Below, in pieces: positions 39,288 through 51,260 of a stretch of DNA of 55,657 bases; position 1 is the stretch's first letter, and every line of letters starts with the position of its first letter. The notes under the pieces were generated by a model. It worked only from the letters and a program-made list of their open reading frames with translations. It searched no databases and had not been told where the DNA came from. Source of the stretch: Octopus bimaculoides (taxonomy: Eukaryota). The stretch covers positions 66,245,951 through 66,301,607 of the forward strand of contig NC_068981.1 of NCBI RefSeq assembly GCF_001194135.2, in the 5' to 3' direction. A program made the translations under genes and the position numbers.

Positions 39288-39355
39288 GCTACGTACGCGT
39301 TTCGGGATTTAAGTAAAGTTATATTGACTTAATTATTTCACCTCATCAGTGCAGC
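39288..39355 (-). ncRNA. Type-I hammerhead ribozyme motif (minimal, palindromic stem III)
   Basis: Minus strand reads GCUGCA-CUGAUGA-GG(..UUAAGU..ACUUAA..)CC-GAAA-CGCG-UA-CGUAGC. Core is intact; stem I has an A-C mismatch next to the cleavage site. Confidence 0.7.
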
Positions 39356-39653
39356 ATTTCAAATATACATAAAGGTTATTTTAACGTACCGAACTACTTG
39401 GTAAAATTATTAATCATTAATTGCTTAATTAATTAATTTTAACCTTTTTATTATTATTGAAATATAATTTACTTCCTGAACGAAAAACTGCGGTTTCTGC
39501 GGGATTACTCGTAACACATGTGGGTATTTGAGGATAAATACGTGTTCTCATTCGGCTGTATATTTTTGGAAGTGCTGGTTAAATATCAGTTGTGCGATGA
39601 CGCTTGATCGCGTACATAGTTAATTCTAGCACTCTCAAATTTATATTTGAAAT

Positions 39654-39712
39654 GCTGCACTGATGAGGTGGAATAAGTAAATATAACTTTAATCCCGAAA
39701 CGCGTATGTAGC
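39654..39712 (+). ncRNA. Type-I hammerhead ribozyme motif (minimal, palindromic stem III)
   Basis: GCUGCA (39654-59) CUGAUGA (39660-66) GG..CC stem II GAAA (39697-700) CGCG UA (predicted cleavage after 39706) UGUAGC. Stem I pairs fully with one G-U; stem III ACGCGU is self-complementary. Confidence 0.8.
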
Positions 39713-39984
39713 TAATCTAAGTCGTGTGGATTCGTTATCTTTTCCCTTTGCCTACGTAAAAAAAAGTGTGTTACTGTCTGGAAGATATTTATGGTAGCGG
39801 GAAAGGTATTTTAACTGCTATTTCTAAATTCGGTGCGCGGCGAAGCAATTAGCTGACCCCTGATTATAATTATGCTTATAATTATAATATATTTGTATAA
39901 TGTTACCCAAAAAGGTTATTTTAACGTAACGAACTACTTTGTAAAATTATTAATTAATTAATTGATTTTACCCTTTTATTATTA

Positions 39985-40024
<40 letters not shown>

Positions 40025-40029
40025 CACGA

Positions 40030-40155
40030 ATAGAGAGGCAGATAGAGAGGCAGATAGAGAGACAGACAGAGAGACAGGCAGAGAGACAGATAGAGAGACA
40101 GATAGACGGATAGTCAGACAGATAGATGGCTAGTTAGACAGACAGACAGATAGAT
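40030..40155. repeat. Degenerate (AGAC/AGAT)-derived 12-mer minisatellite
   Basis: TAGAGAGGCAGA repeated, decaying into AGAC/AGAT. Confidence 0.8.
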
Positions 40156-40570
40156 AATATTCACGTTGCCAGGGAATAAGAAACAGGTGAAGCAAGTTTG
40201 TAACTTATTTTGAATATCTCTCTCAACACTTTCACCGGATTCATGCCCGTGTTGCACGAATACTAATCAGTATAGTAAAAAAATAACTATGGAGAATTGT
40301 TCCATTTCCTTGGTATCGGTGAGAACACACTATACGGCATCTTTCGCTGCGCTACAGGAATTCAATAAGGTTGACAGTGCATTTTCCTTTTATATATGAA
40401 TATGCATGTACGCACACGTACAAACATATATATAAGAATGAGTAAATATTCAAAATAAATACTCGTAAAGGTGTTATTACTATTATCAGGGGCAAATCTA
40501 AATAATTGATAATAACATTAGTGGCAGCAAGCGATATTAACATTGAATAGCTATACAATAAATTCTTAAT

Positions 40571-40760
40571 TATATTAGAGGGTACACGAAGCACCAGCTT
40601 GCTAGAGAGTGGAAGTAACCCCCCGCCCAACTTAACCACCTATGTTACCGAAAATTGGGTACACAAAGCACCTATATATCTTTTCGTTAAGATTTGTTGT
40701 TAAGTCGGGGGTTTTAACTTCCACTCAAGCAAGCTGGTGCTTCGTGTACCCTCTAATATA
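40571..40760. mobile_element. Foldback/MITE-like element with perfect 33-bp terminal inverted repeats
   Basis: 40571-40603 TATATTAGAGGGTACACGAAGCACCAGCTTGCT is the exact reverse complement of 40728-40760. Imperfect complementarity continues about 30 bp inward. Right end runs into (TA)n. Confidence 0.85.
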
Positions 40761-41637
40761 TATATATATATANNNNNNNNNNNNNNNNNNNNNNNNNNNN
40801 NNNNNNNNNNNNNNNNNNNNNNNNNNNNNNNNNNNNNNNNNNNNNNNNNNNNNNNNNNNNNNNNNNNNNNNNNNNNNNNNNNNNNNNNNNNNNNNNNNNN
40901 NNNNNNNNNNNNNNNNNNNNNNNNNNNNNNNNNNNNNNNNNNNNNNNNNNNNNNNNNNNNNNNNNNNNNNNNNNNNNNNNNNNNNNNNNNNNNNNNNNNN
41001 NNNNNNNNNNNNNNNNNNNNNNNNNNNNNNNNNNNNNNNNNNNNNNNNNNNNNNNNNNNNNNNNNNNNNNNNNNNNNNNNNNNNNNNNNNNNNNNNNNNN
41101 NNNNNNNNNNNNNNNNNNNNNNNNNNNNNNNNNNNNNNNNNNNNNNNNNNNNNNNNNNNNNNNNNNNNNNNNNNNNNNNNNNNNNNNNNNNNNNNNNNNN
41201 NNNNNNNNNNNNNNNNNNNNNNNNNNNNNNNNNNNNNNNNNNNNNNNNNNNNNNNNNNNNNNNNNNNNNNNNNNNNNNNNNNNNNNNNNNNNNNNNNNNN
41301 NNNNNNNNNNNNNNNNNNNNNNNNNGGGGGGGGGGGGTGCGTACATGTATAGATCATACACAAACGCATGTAACTGTGAATTAAACACATGTATTTACAT
41401 ACACACGCATCTTTCTATCTCTTCTATCCATCTCTTCTATCTATCTCTTCTATCCATCTCTTCTATCTATCTACAAAGTGCAAATAGCGTTCAACACTTA
41501 AACAAACGATTCAAATCGATAGATATTTGTTAGATTCTCCTTAGTGATTCCACTGGTGCGTTGTAGTAAAGAGCGCTCTAAAAATATGGAGCAACGTATA
41601 TAATGATTATTTTAATCTTGATATTAAGGAGATCATT

Positions 41638-42068
41638 AGAACGGCAATCTGGCAGAATCGTTAGCAAGCTGGAGAAAATGCTTAGCGGTACTTCATCCGT
41701 CTTTACGTTCTGAGTTCAAATTCCGCCGAGGTCCACTTTACCTTTCATCTTTCTGGGGTCGATAAAATAAGTACCAGTTGAGTACTTGGGTCGATGTAAA
41801 CAACGTACCCCTTCCATCGAGATTGCCAAAATTTGGAATCAATACTAATGAGATCATTAAGGCGGCGAACAGGCACAATCGTTTGCACACTGGGCAAAAT
41901 GCTTACCACATTTAGTCCGTCTTTACGTTCTGGATTCAAAATGCCCCCGAGGTCAACTTTATCTTTGATCTTATTTTATCGAGGTCGATTTCAAAGTACC
42001 AGTTAAACATTGAAATCGACTTATCTCATAACCATAAGTCGCTGGCCTTGTGCCAAAATTTGAAAGTA
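41638..42068 (+). mobile_element. Two tandem family A SINEs with triplicated target ATATTAAGGAGATCATT
   Basis: Target copies at 41621-41637, 41842-41858 (2 mismatches) and 42069-42085. Confidence 0.85.
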
Positions 42069-42573
42069 ATATTAAGGAGATCATTCATATAAAAAGAAAG
42101 CGGGTTTAGTTCATTCACACAATAACATCAAACCTGCACAGCCGTTTCAAAACCAGTAGATATGTAACTCCACATTTTATCGAATCTGCTTCTCATCTAT
42201 TTATCCTTTTATATTAATGGTCTCTTTAATTATTATAAGAGCCTTTTCATCGGTCAGGTATGACCTTTTATCTGCATTTGGGCAGAGACGATCCAGGTCT
42301 TTTCTGCGGACAATTATTGGCAGTAGCCAATGCATATAAGTCACCTCTTGCTACACTACCGATGTTTATCCAAGCGAATGATGAATTAGGCCTATGCAGA
42401 ATCACACTAGAATTGTCACAAGCGTTGATCTCGGAACGCAAAAGGCCGGAACAAAAACCGCTAGGTATCTCATCCGATGATCAAACTGTTCTACCAGTCT
42501 ACCACCCTGAAGGAAGAAGGCTAAAGTTAACTTCTGTAAGACTTAAACTTAGAGCTCAGTGAAAGAAAATATT

Positions 42574-42990
42574 GGTTTCAAATCTTGGCTTAAGGCCAGT
42601 AATTTCGAGAAAGGGGCCAAGTCGATTACATCGACCCCGGTGTTCAGCTAGCACTTATTTTATCAATCCCGAAAGGATGAAAAGCAAAGGTGACCTCGGC
42701 GGAATTTGAACTCAGAACACGAAGACAAAATGCTAGCTCACCGCATTAGAGTGAAAGAAAATATTTATTTGTTTATTGCCCACAGGGGACTAAATATAGA
42801 GGGGACAAACAAAGGGATTAAGTCGATTACACCGACCTCCGTGCGTAACTGGTACTTATTTAATCGACCCCCGAAAAGATGAAAGGCAAAGTCGACCTCG
42901 GCGGAATTTGAACTCAGAACGTAACGGCATAGGAAATACCGCTAAGTATTTCGCCCGGCGTGCTAACGATTCTGCCAGCTCACCGCCTTT
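42574..42990 (-). mobile_element. Two tandem family A SINEs with triplicated target GTGAAAGAAAATATT
   Basis: Exact 15-mer at 42559-42573, 42751-42765 and 42995-43009. The two SINEs have different 3' tails. Confidence 0.9.
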
Positions 42991-43119
42991 TAGGGTGAAA
43001 GAAAATATTGTGAAGTAATATATTCAGTGCCCTAACAAATCTACCAATTCCCCGTGAGTGTGTTAGCGCGTGTATGCATGTGCGTATATTACGCGCGCGC
43101 GTGCGTAGGGGGTTATGTT

Positions 43120-43285
43120 AAGGCGGCGAGTTTGAAGAACTGTTATCACGCTGGACAAAATGCTTAGCGGCAAATTCCTCCTAAGTCAACTTTGTCTTTC
43201 ATTCTTTAGAGATCGATGAGCACTGGAGTCGACCAGCGTCCTCTCCCAAAATTTCGGGTCTTGTGTCTACAGTAGAAAGGATATT
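43120..43285 (+). mobile_element. Decayed family A SINE
   Basis: AAGGCGGCGAG head .. CCCAAAATTTCGGGTCTTGTGTCTACAGTAGAAAGGAT tail. Confidence 0.75.
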
Positions 43286-43290
43286 ATATG

Positions 43291-43600
43291 TATGTGTCGT
43301 TAAACGCTTGTAGCTTCAGCTTTTCGTCTGAGAGAGGTCCCTTTAATGACGTATAGTATTATTAAGAAAAAAAGAATACTTCAAAGCTAGGTGAAACGAA
43401 ATCTTCCCGGAAGAATGACGTATATCGAAATTTCGCAATATTTTCTGCTCCTTAGTTCCATATACTCGCCTCACTTCCGAAACATTGTATATGCATCTGT
43501 CTGGCATGTCTAATTCGTATACTGTGTTTCTTAACACTGAATGTTTTTAAAGGAACTTCCCTTAGACGACAAACCGCAGCTACAAGCGTTTACCAACATA
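43291..43600. mobile_element. MITE-like element with ~55-bp imperfect terminal inverted repeats
   Basis: 43291-43346 (..TAAACGCTTGTAGCT..TCGTCT..CTTTAA) versus the reverse complement of 43546-43600. Confidence 0.75.
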
Positions 43601-46369
43601 CACACACATTGATAATGTTTACATTCTTGAACTGCTTCTAACACAAAATGAATGTATTTTTGTATTATATTATATGCAAACATAAACATAATAACAACAT
43701 AGTTAAATATGAACTTCTAACTTTTAGGTGAATCGATATATCTTTCGAATTACTCATACATATATGGCAACATGGTATATAATCAGACACGGATTATATA
43801 ACTAAAATATTCAATGTTTCAGCAATAAAATCGAACATAATCTAAAATAGCAAAAGAAAATTTAAATTATGTATTATCTCATCTCAACATAATGATTTCC
43901 TTATCTAGGTACTTGAAGAGAAACAAAAAGAGAATTTGTCTTTACCTCATTGTCTTTCGGAAATTTTGATAATCTTTTTTTATAATTGAGATACATAATC
44001 AGTCAGCCATGTTATTTCTTCAGGTCGATCAAATTACTCTATTTTTATCTTGTCATAGATTTTTCCGTTTCTGTGTTGTACTTCATCTCGAATGACTAGC
44101 TGAAGAATTCACGATTTTTTTTTGTTTAAAATTGGTATAAGTCTGGTGGGTGGCAGATTCGACAGATATCTGATTAAAATATTTTCCTTGCTTCTGGTTG
44201 CATCATTTTATGATCTGAGTTCAACCCTTACTGTGTTTGATGTTGCCTTTTTTTTTATGGATTAACCCCAAGTTCCGTGATTCTCAACTGGTTCACCGCA
44301 AAGCTATGTAGATGTTTTGTGATTTTTATAAAAATGAAATTTCAGGCATTAGAAAATCTTTACTAATAGTTGAGCGTCTTGAAAAACGATTTGTTATAAT
44401 CAAAAATTGTTTTTTTAAATAAGCTTGGCAATAGTTAATATTTTTTTTAATATTTCAGATTTAAAACAGCTGTTTTAAGCTTTACATCAGAAATGCCAAT
44501 CTTTGATCTTCAGTGTTCCACAAAGTCAGAAAGACTGAGAGCCACTGCCCTAGATCAACTCTGATCGATCAGATTTAGGATCAAAATTATTCCAGAAGCG
44601 CATTTTGTGTTTTTGACTTTGGGAGAGGTATTTACAATTACAACTTTTTCTAAGATGACGTAGATGTGATTTGAGAGATGGATATCTTCCTGGGGTATCA
44701 CGGTAGATGCCCCTACAGTAGTTCATTCGACTACCCTTTTATTCCATGATGTCGATAAAATACCATTCATTTTATTACAGTCAATTTAATGAATTTTATC
44801 CTTTCCCTAGATTTTTACTATTCTCCTAATTTGTACAAATCTAAAACTCTAGTTATATTTTTAATTTGTCGTAGTTTTCAGATGGTGTGTCATTTTGTTT
44901 CTACTGTTTCCTCTGTTTATTCTACAAGCTTACACTTTTAGCCTGTGTCCTCTTAACATTATATACATCTACTACACATATATCCATTGATTCTCCTGAA
45001 TACAGTGTAAAATAACGTATATAAAGCCGATTCAATGATGGCATCTCTACGTTGTTGCTTAATCTGCCAAAATTAGCAGCCAAATCTCACTCAAGTCTCG
45101 TATAAAAAGTGAAGGATGCATTGTGTATAATAATTCTAAATTCACTGTATCAAGAAAAGAAAATACAGAAAGATCACGGTCATAATGATTTTGATCATAG
45201 ATCCGCTCCATCTGGTCTGACATGGGTTAAACAACAACAAAATCACGTTTAGCTTAAATTGAAAGAGTGCACACACAACTCTAGTTTTTTTTTCAAATCT
45301 AGTTACAAACTACAACGAGGAACTTTTATGCAAACATAGAATCAACAGCAAAAATGATGCCAGTATCGATAGAATTGTCGAACAAATAACTTGTTATTTG
45401 GTTACATCCTTTTTACATTCTGAATTCAAATCCTACCCATGTAAACTTTGCATTTCACCATTCTGAAGCACATAAAACAAGTACCAGCTAAGTGCAGATA
45501 TTATCTATTGTACTGGTCGATGAAATATGTACCAGTTGAACATTGGAGTCGACTATCCCCCATCTCTCAAATTTCAGGCCTTATGCCTATAGTAGAGATA
45601 ATATATATCTATTATACTCTTAAATAGGTGATCCAGCATGGTAACGGTCCAGTGACTGAAACTATTAAAAGAAATAAAGGAAAACGAATGGATAACTACT
45701 GGTTATGTAGGACAAAATAATTCACTCAGTATCTATAATAGACTTGGTCATTCTGTAAAAGAGTTTCATGTTAAAGAAGGCACTCTTGATGATACTGAAA
45801 ATTATTGTTTGCTTTAAGACATAATTTACAATATTATGCGTTATGGATTTACAGAATTCATCAGTTCTAATTGCTACGTTGGCTCATATTAAATGGCATT
45901 TATAAAGTCTTTTTTTTTATTATTATGTGGATCGTTATTTTTTTTAGGAGAGTCGTTATTTTATTCGTTTAAATATCTGTATTTAATATCAATCTAAACT
46001 ACATTTTATTACAATCAAATTTTTGTTGTGTTTCGAAAATTTGTGCTTTTTAATATATACTTTTTATATTTTTTTGTATCTCTTTTACAATTCATTCAAA
46101 TATAAGTTATGTGGTTATTTCTAAACGATATCGTTAATATCTTAATGGGCAAATTTAATATCTTAATGGGCAAATTTTAATATTTCAGACCTTACAATTT
46201 AAAACATTTCCTAATAGTTCCATTCATTTCATTTTGTTCTGCAAACGTTTTAACACAATTTCTTGTGCCATTATATTCATAAGCATTGTGTATCATAATA
46301 GGTTGGGTTGCTTATCCAACGGCCTTTATTTTATATCTTATTGGATTGTAACTAATCAAACCATAAATG

Positions 46370-46460
46370 TCATATAGTTAATCAAGTTATGAACGCTATA
46401 TAACCAATCCAGTCATGAATGTGATATAGCTAATCAAGTTTCGAATGTTATATAGCTCAT
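46370..46460. repeat. Degenerate 26-bp-period minisatellite (about 3.5 units)
   Basis: CATATAGTTAATCAAGTTATGAACGC / TATATAACCAATCCAGTCATGAATGT / GATATAGCTAATCAAGTTTCGAATGT. Confidence 0.7.
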
Positions 46461-46847
46461 TAAAATATGACTGCTATACAGAAAACCAGGCTAAACCTTT
46501 TCCGAATCACAAAGCTTTCATTGACCAGTACAGTATTTATAGTTTCTGCACGCATCAAGAACATGTAACATAACTCTCTCCTTGAAAAAGTTATCATTCT
46601 GTCACATCTGTATGATTTTTCACTGTTAAATAGACGTGATAGGTAATGTCTCATTTATTTTACACTTCTGTTTCAGCTAATAGGAATGATTTATATTTTC
46701 TTCAGTGGACTACATTATTTAGAGTTAAGTGTCATCGCCTTAAATATAATTAAGTGTTGGTTACAAAATTGGAAACCCCGTTTTGACTAGTCGTAAGGCT
46801 TACTGTTACGGTAAGACATTTAAAAAGTGTTATTTATTAATCTGACA

Positions 46848-47039
46848 AGGGCGGCGACTTGGCAGAATCGTTAGCAAGCCGGACAAAAATTCTTAGCGAC
46901 ATTTTGTCCTTTATTACATTCTGAGATCAATTACTACCGAGATCGACTTTGGATTTCATCCTTCGCAGTCGATAAATTAAGTAATCGGATAGCCCCTACC
47001 TCTCGTTAACTTTTAGGCCTTGTTCTTATAGTAGAAACG
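46848..47039 (+). mobile_element. Family A SINE with ~14-bp TSD
   Basis: ATTTATTAATCTGA at 46832 and ATTTATTAATTTGA at 47040. Confidence 0.85.
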
Positions 47040-48116
47040 ATTTATTAATTTGAAAACTTAGTTTATTTATTTATTTTATTTGTAATATGAGAGCGTATGA
47101 CAATTAATTCTGAGTAATATAGTCCACACAAAAAGTATTAGCTGTAACAAGTGTAAAATATGTGAGATTTTTGCTAGTTAATCTGTTTTACGATGGAAAA
47201 TCTTAAAGCTGTGATAGAATCACGATCTCTTCAAGGAGGGATTTGTTTTTCATTTTCTTAACGCACGCGGAAACTGTAAATAAATCACTGGTCAATAGAA
47301 ACTTTGTGATTCGAAACCAGTTTTAGCTTCATTAACAGTGTAATAATCATATTTTAATTAGTTATATATTATATAGAATTCATTACTTGATTAACTATAT
47401 AGCCTTCAGAAGAAGGTGGCTGAGAAAAATGTGTTATATCAATAAAAATTTACATTTTAAATGTGGATTTCTGAATGTCGTTATTGTTGTTTAGTCTCGC
47501 GTCAAGTCCGAGTGGGAAGATCAACAAGAAAAGGTACTATTGTGACCGTCCCTCTCCTTTTCACATGCTGTATCTAGGATTAACGCTGTCCTTCTGTGAC
47601 AGTTGGACGTGAATCGAGGGAGATTTAGTTGCTACCACGAAGTAGGCAAGCGTTTATGAAGATTTTCCATTACATGTTAGCGAATACTTCTGTATATAAT
47701 ATGATTACTACTTTGTCACTCGAATCGTCCTAGATATTTTTCTTGACTCAAGAGAAAACTAATTTTAGCTAAATATGTACACTGATAAATTGTCGTCTTA
47801 CCAAACATATTCCACATCACGTTTGATTCAACAGCGTCCATGATTATATGTAATTCCTAAATTAAGTACTGTTATCTTATCTTGATAAGAACCAAAAACG
47901 AGATATTGAGTGGTTCATGACATTTTGAAAATTAAACCAAACTGTATTACGTAACATGACATAACATATGTAATATTACCACGTTATGTTTTGATGTTTC
48001 CAAATATTCAAAACAAACTTTGATTTGTTTTATCTATATGCAGGAAATATATGCTTTCTTTTATTCTTTATTCTTTATATAGTTTAAATTCTTCTAAGTT
48101 TACATTTCAAAGCACA

Positions 48117-48208
<92 letters not shown>

Positions 48209-48770
48209 AAATTATGCTGTAGAAGCAGTTCTAGACTAAAATTAATCTCTATACCACATATTTAAAGTATGACTGTCGTTGAAATATTAGGAAATGCAGC
48301 AGTCGTTTGTGGGAAAGATCCGTTTATAGACACAATATCCTTCAGAGCTAGATGAAACTAAATCGTCTCAGAAGAGATCACAAGAGGGAAACCTGCGCAT
48401 TTCAACGTTTTGCTGCTTGTCAATTCGATGCGTGTTTGTGTAGGTATATATATGTATGAGAGAGAGGGGAGAAGAGGGGGCATTAAAATATAAACTTAGA
48501 AGAATTTAAACTATATAAAGAATAACGAATGAAGAAAATCATATATTTCCTGCATATAGATAAAACAAATTAAAGTTTGTTTTTGAATATTTTGAAAATT
48601 GCCGAACCGTTTTTCTCGGACTACGAGAGACAACCATCATGAACGAAGTGGCAAAAGATCGTGTGAGCCGTCCAACCTATGCCAGCAGAGAAAAACGGGC
48701 ATAAAATGTGGATGATATTGATGAAGATAAGAGATAAAAAGATATATGCATCCAAGCGCGCGCAAACACA

Positions 48771-48836
<66 letters not shown>

Positions 48837-49347
48837 NNNNNNNNNNNNNNNNNNNNNNNNNNNNNNNNNNNNNNNNNNNNNNNNNNNNNNNNNNNNNNNN
48901 NNNNNNNNNNNNNNNNNNNNNNNNNNNNNNNNNNNNNNNNNNNNNNNNNNNNNNNNNNNNNNNNNNNNNNNNNNNNNNNNNNNNNNNNNNNNNNNNNNNN
49001 NNNNNNNNNNNNNNNNNNNNNNNNNNNNNNNNNNNNNNNNNNNNNNNNNNNNNNNNNNNNNNNNNNNNNNNNNNNNNNNNNNNNNNNNNNNNNNNNNNNN
49101 NNNNNNNNNNNNNNNNNNNNNNNNNNNNNNNNNNNNNNNNNNNNNNNNNNNNNNNNNNNNNNNNNNNNNNNNNNNNNNNNNNNNNNNNNNNNNNNNNNNN
49201 NNNNNNNNNNNNNNNNNNNNNNNNNNNNNNNNNNNNNNNNNNNNNNNNNNNNNNNNNNNNNNNNNNNNNNNNNNNNNNNNNNATATATATATATATACAT
49301 ACACACAGACAGATAGCTAGATATGTATGTGTGTGCATGAATGTATA

Positions 49348-49380
49348 CTAGACCTACCCGTGACCCGTTGGGTTACCAGG
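49348..49380 (-). mobile_element. Helitron-like 3' terminus
   Basis: Minus strand: hairpin (plus GTGACCC-GTT-GGGTTAC, 49360-49376), 8 nt, then CTAG|T. The 5' end was not located. Confidence 0.5.
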
Positions 49381-50692
49381 AAAATCAGACTCTCTCAGCA
49401 ACGGAGTTTTGTTTCGTTGGTTTGTTTTTTTTTTCTTTTCCAGGTTATTTTCCATGCTTTCAACGAATGTGACACCGAAATGATGCTTAAACGGCTCCTT
49501 TCTCCAGAAAAGAATAGATTTGGCTGGTACTTCTTGCACGCACTGCTACTGCGTAACAGGTATTTCGGATCCTTTATCGAAAATAGCCGTTACGTGCTAT
49601 TTCGAGATCCGTTGAATGCACTCGAAAAAAGCCTTTGGAAAAAAGCTATTTCACACCGAGGTTACAAACGGGTCTTTTATGAAATATTTACCGTATGTTT
49701 AAAGTCATTTTCATTTTAGAATATTTGTTACATATGTCAAAACAAAATTTTATAATGTTATTTACTTGAAAATAATTTTTAAAAACATTAAGATATAGTC
49801 TGTTTAAAGAAGTCTAAAATATAAATACTTACTGTACTAACAGCTTACATTTTTGAAATCACATTCACTTAAAAGCATTTGTAAATGATTAAAATATTGT
49901 TTAACAAAAGCGAAAATAGAAACATTTATTGTAAAAAAAAATCCGTGTTTTTTCGTTGTCAAGTCACTGTGTGTAATAGAAAGATAAGAGTTTCTTTCCT
50001 TTCAGGATGAAGATTTTCGGAATATTTTCTCATTAGGCACTGTTTTGGGTATTTATACCCGAAAACCTCTAATATCTTTAAAACTACTTGTCCGATTTAC
50101 ACGAAATTTGTTTTTTTCTGTTCTATTAACATCTCAGGGTAAACTTAATTCATAGTATTTTCCCATTATGCGCCAGTTTGGCTGGCTAACATTGCAAGCA
50201 AGATTCAAACCTACTTTTAATGCATTACATATGTATTATATATATATATATATATGAATATATATTTCGTTTATGGATTTAGTTTGCAAGGTTTTTTATG
50301 TGAGTTCGTGTGTTGAAACATATTCTGTTGTGTCTGGGGAGAGTTATTTTCTTTTTGTGCCTTATAATTTAACACACTCACCGGTAAAATTTCCACTTAT
50401 TTCTTATTTTTATTTTTCTAAAATTTTCGTTGCGTCTTNNNNNNNNNNNNNNNNNNNNNNNNNNNNNNNNNNNNNNNNNNNNNNNNNNNNNNNNNNNNNN
50501 NNNNNNNNNNNNNNNNNNNNNNNNNNNNNNNNNNNNNNNNNNNNNNNNNNNNNNNNNNNNNNNNNNNNNNNNNNNNNNNNNNNNNNNNNNNNNNNNNNNN
50601 NNNNNNNNNNNNNNNNNNNNNNNNNNNNNNNNNNNNNNNNNNNNNNNNNNNNNNNNNNNNNNNNNNNNNNNNNNNNNTGTTTGTGTGTGTGT

Positions 50693-50740
<48 letters not shown>

Positions 50741-51049
50741 GTGTGTGATATTAAACATCAGTTTTCTTCTTACACTACGACACTCAATACTGTTCATATT
50801 ATTTATTGATTTCTTACTCTTACTGAAATACAAGGTCATACATTTATAGCATAAACCAATGCGATCTAACAGCGTTTATACTTTACTTAAAAGGTATTAG
50901 CAGTGCAGATGAGCATAAACGGCTTCAACTGACAATGGAAACTGGGTAGCTGATTATTTTTGTCAATGAATGTTATTCCTTTTTTCCATTTTTTCTCTCC
51001 TCTCCGGTGCTTTCTATATCATTACTCTTTAGATTAATTAATGATATTT

Positions 51050-51260
51050 AATTTTGGTACAAAACTCTACATATTTTAGAAGAAGGGTCGTCGATTCAAT
51101 CGACTCAGTACCCGACTAGTGTTTTTTTTTATCAACTCTGAAGGGATGCAAAAACAAAGTCAACCTCAGCGTGATTTAAGCTCAAAACTGAGTTTAAAGG
51201 GGCGTAACTCAATATCGCAAATACATTTTCTTAGGTTACCAACGGCTATTCACTTCGTTA
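51050..51260 (-). mobile_element. Decayed family A SINE
   Basis: Plus strand AAAGTCAACCTCAGCGTGATTTAAGCTCAAAACT is the reverse complement of the family A body. Confidence 0.6.

Larger units (their letters stand above)
39095..39990. mobile_element. Inverted + direct repeat element (Penelope pLTR / retrozyme-like)
   Basis: 39095-39367 is the reverse complement of 39642-39892. 39371-39465 is directly repeated at 39911-39990, an offset of exactly 540 bp at its start. Confidence 0.85.

Noticed and set aside
40235-40270. TGCCCGTGTTGCACG resembling a Helitron subterminal hairpin
   Set aside because: No CTAG terminus at the expected distance.
46370-46460. Regularly spaced repeats as a possible CRISPR-like array
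   Set aside because: Contiguous degenerate units without unique spacers; eukaryotic context and no cas genes.
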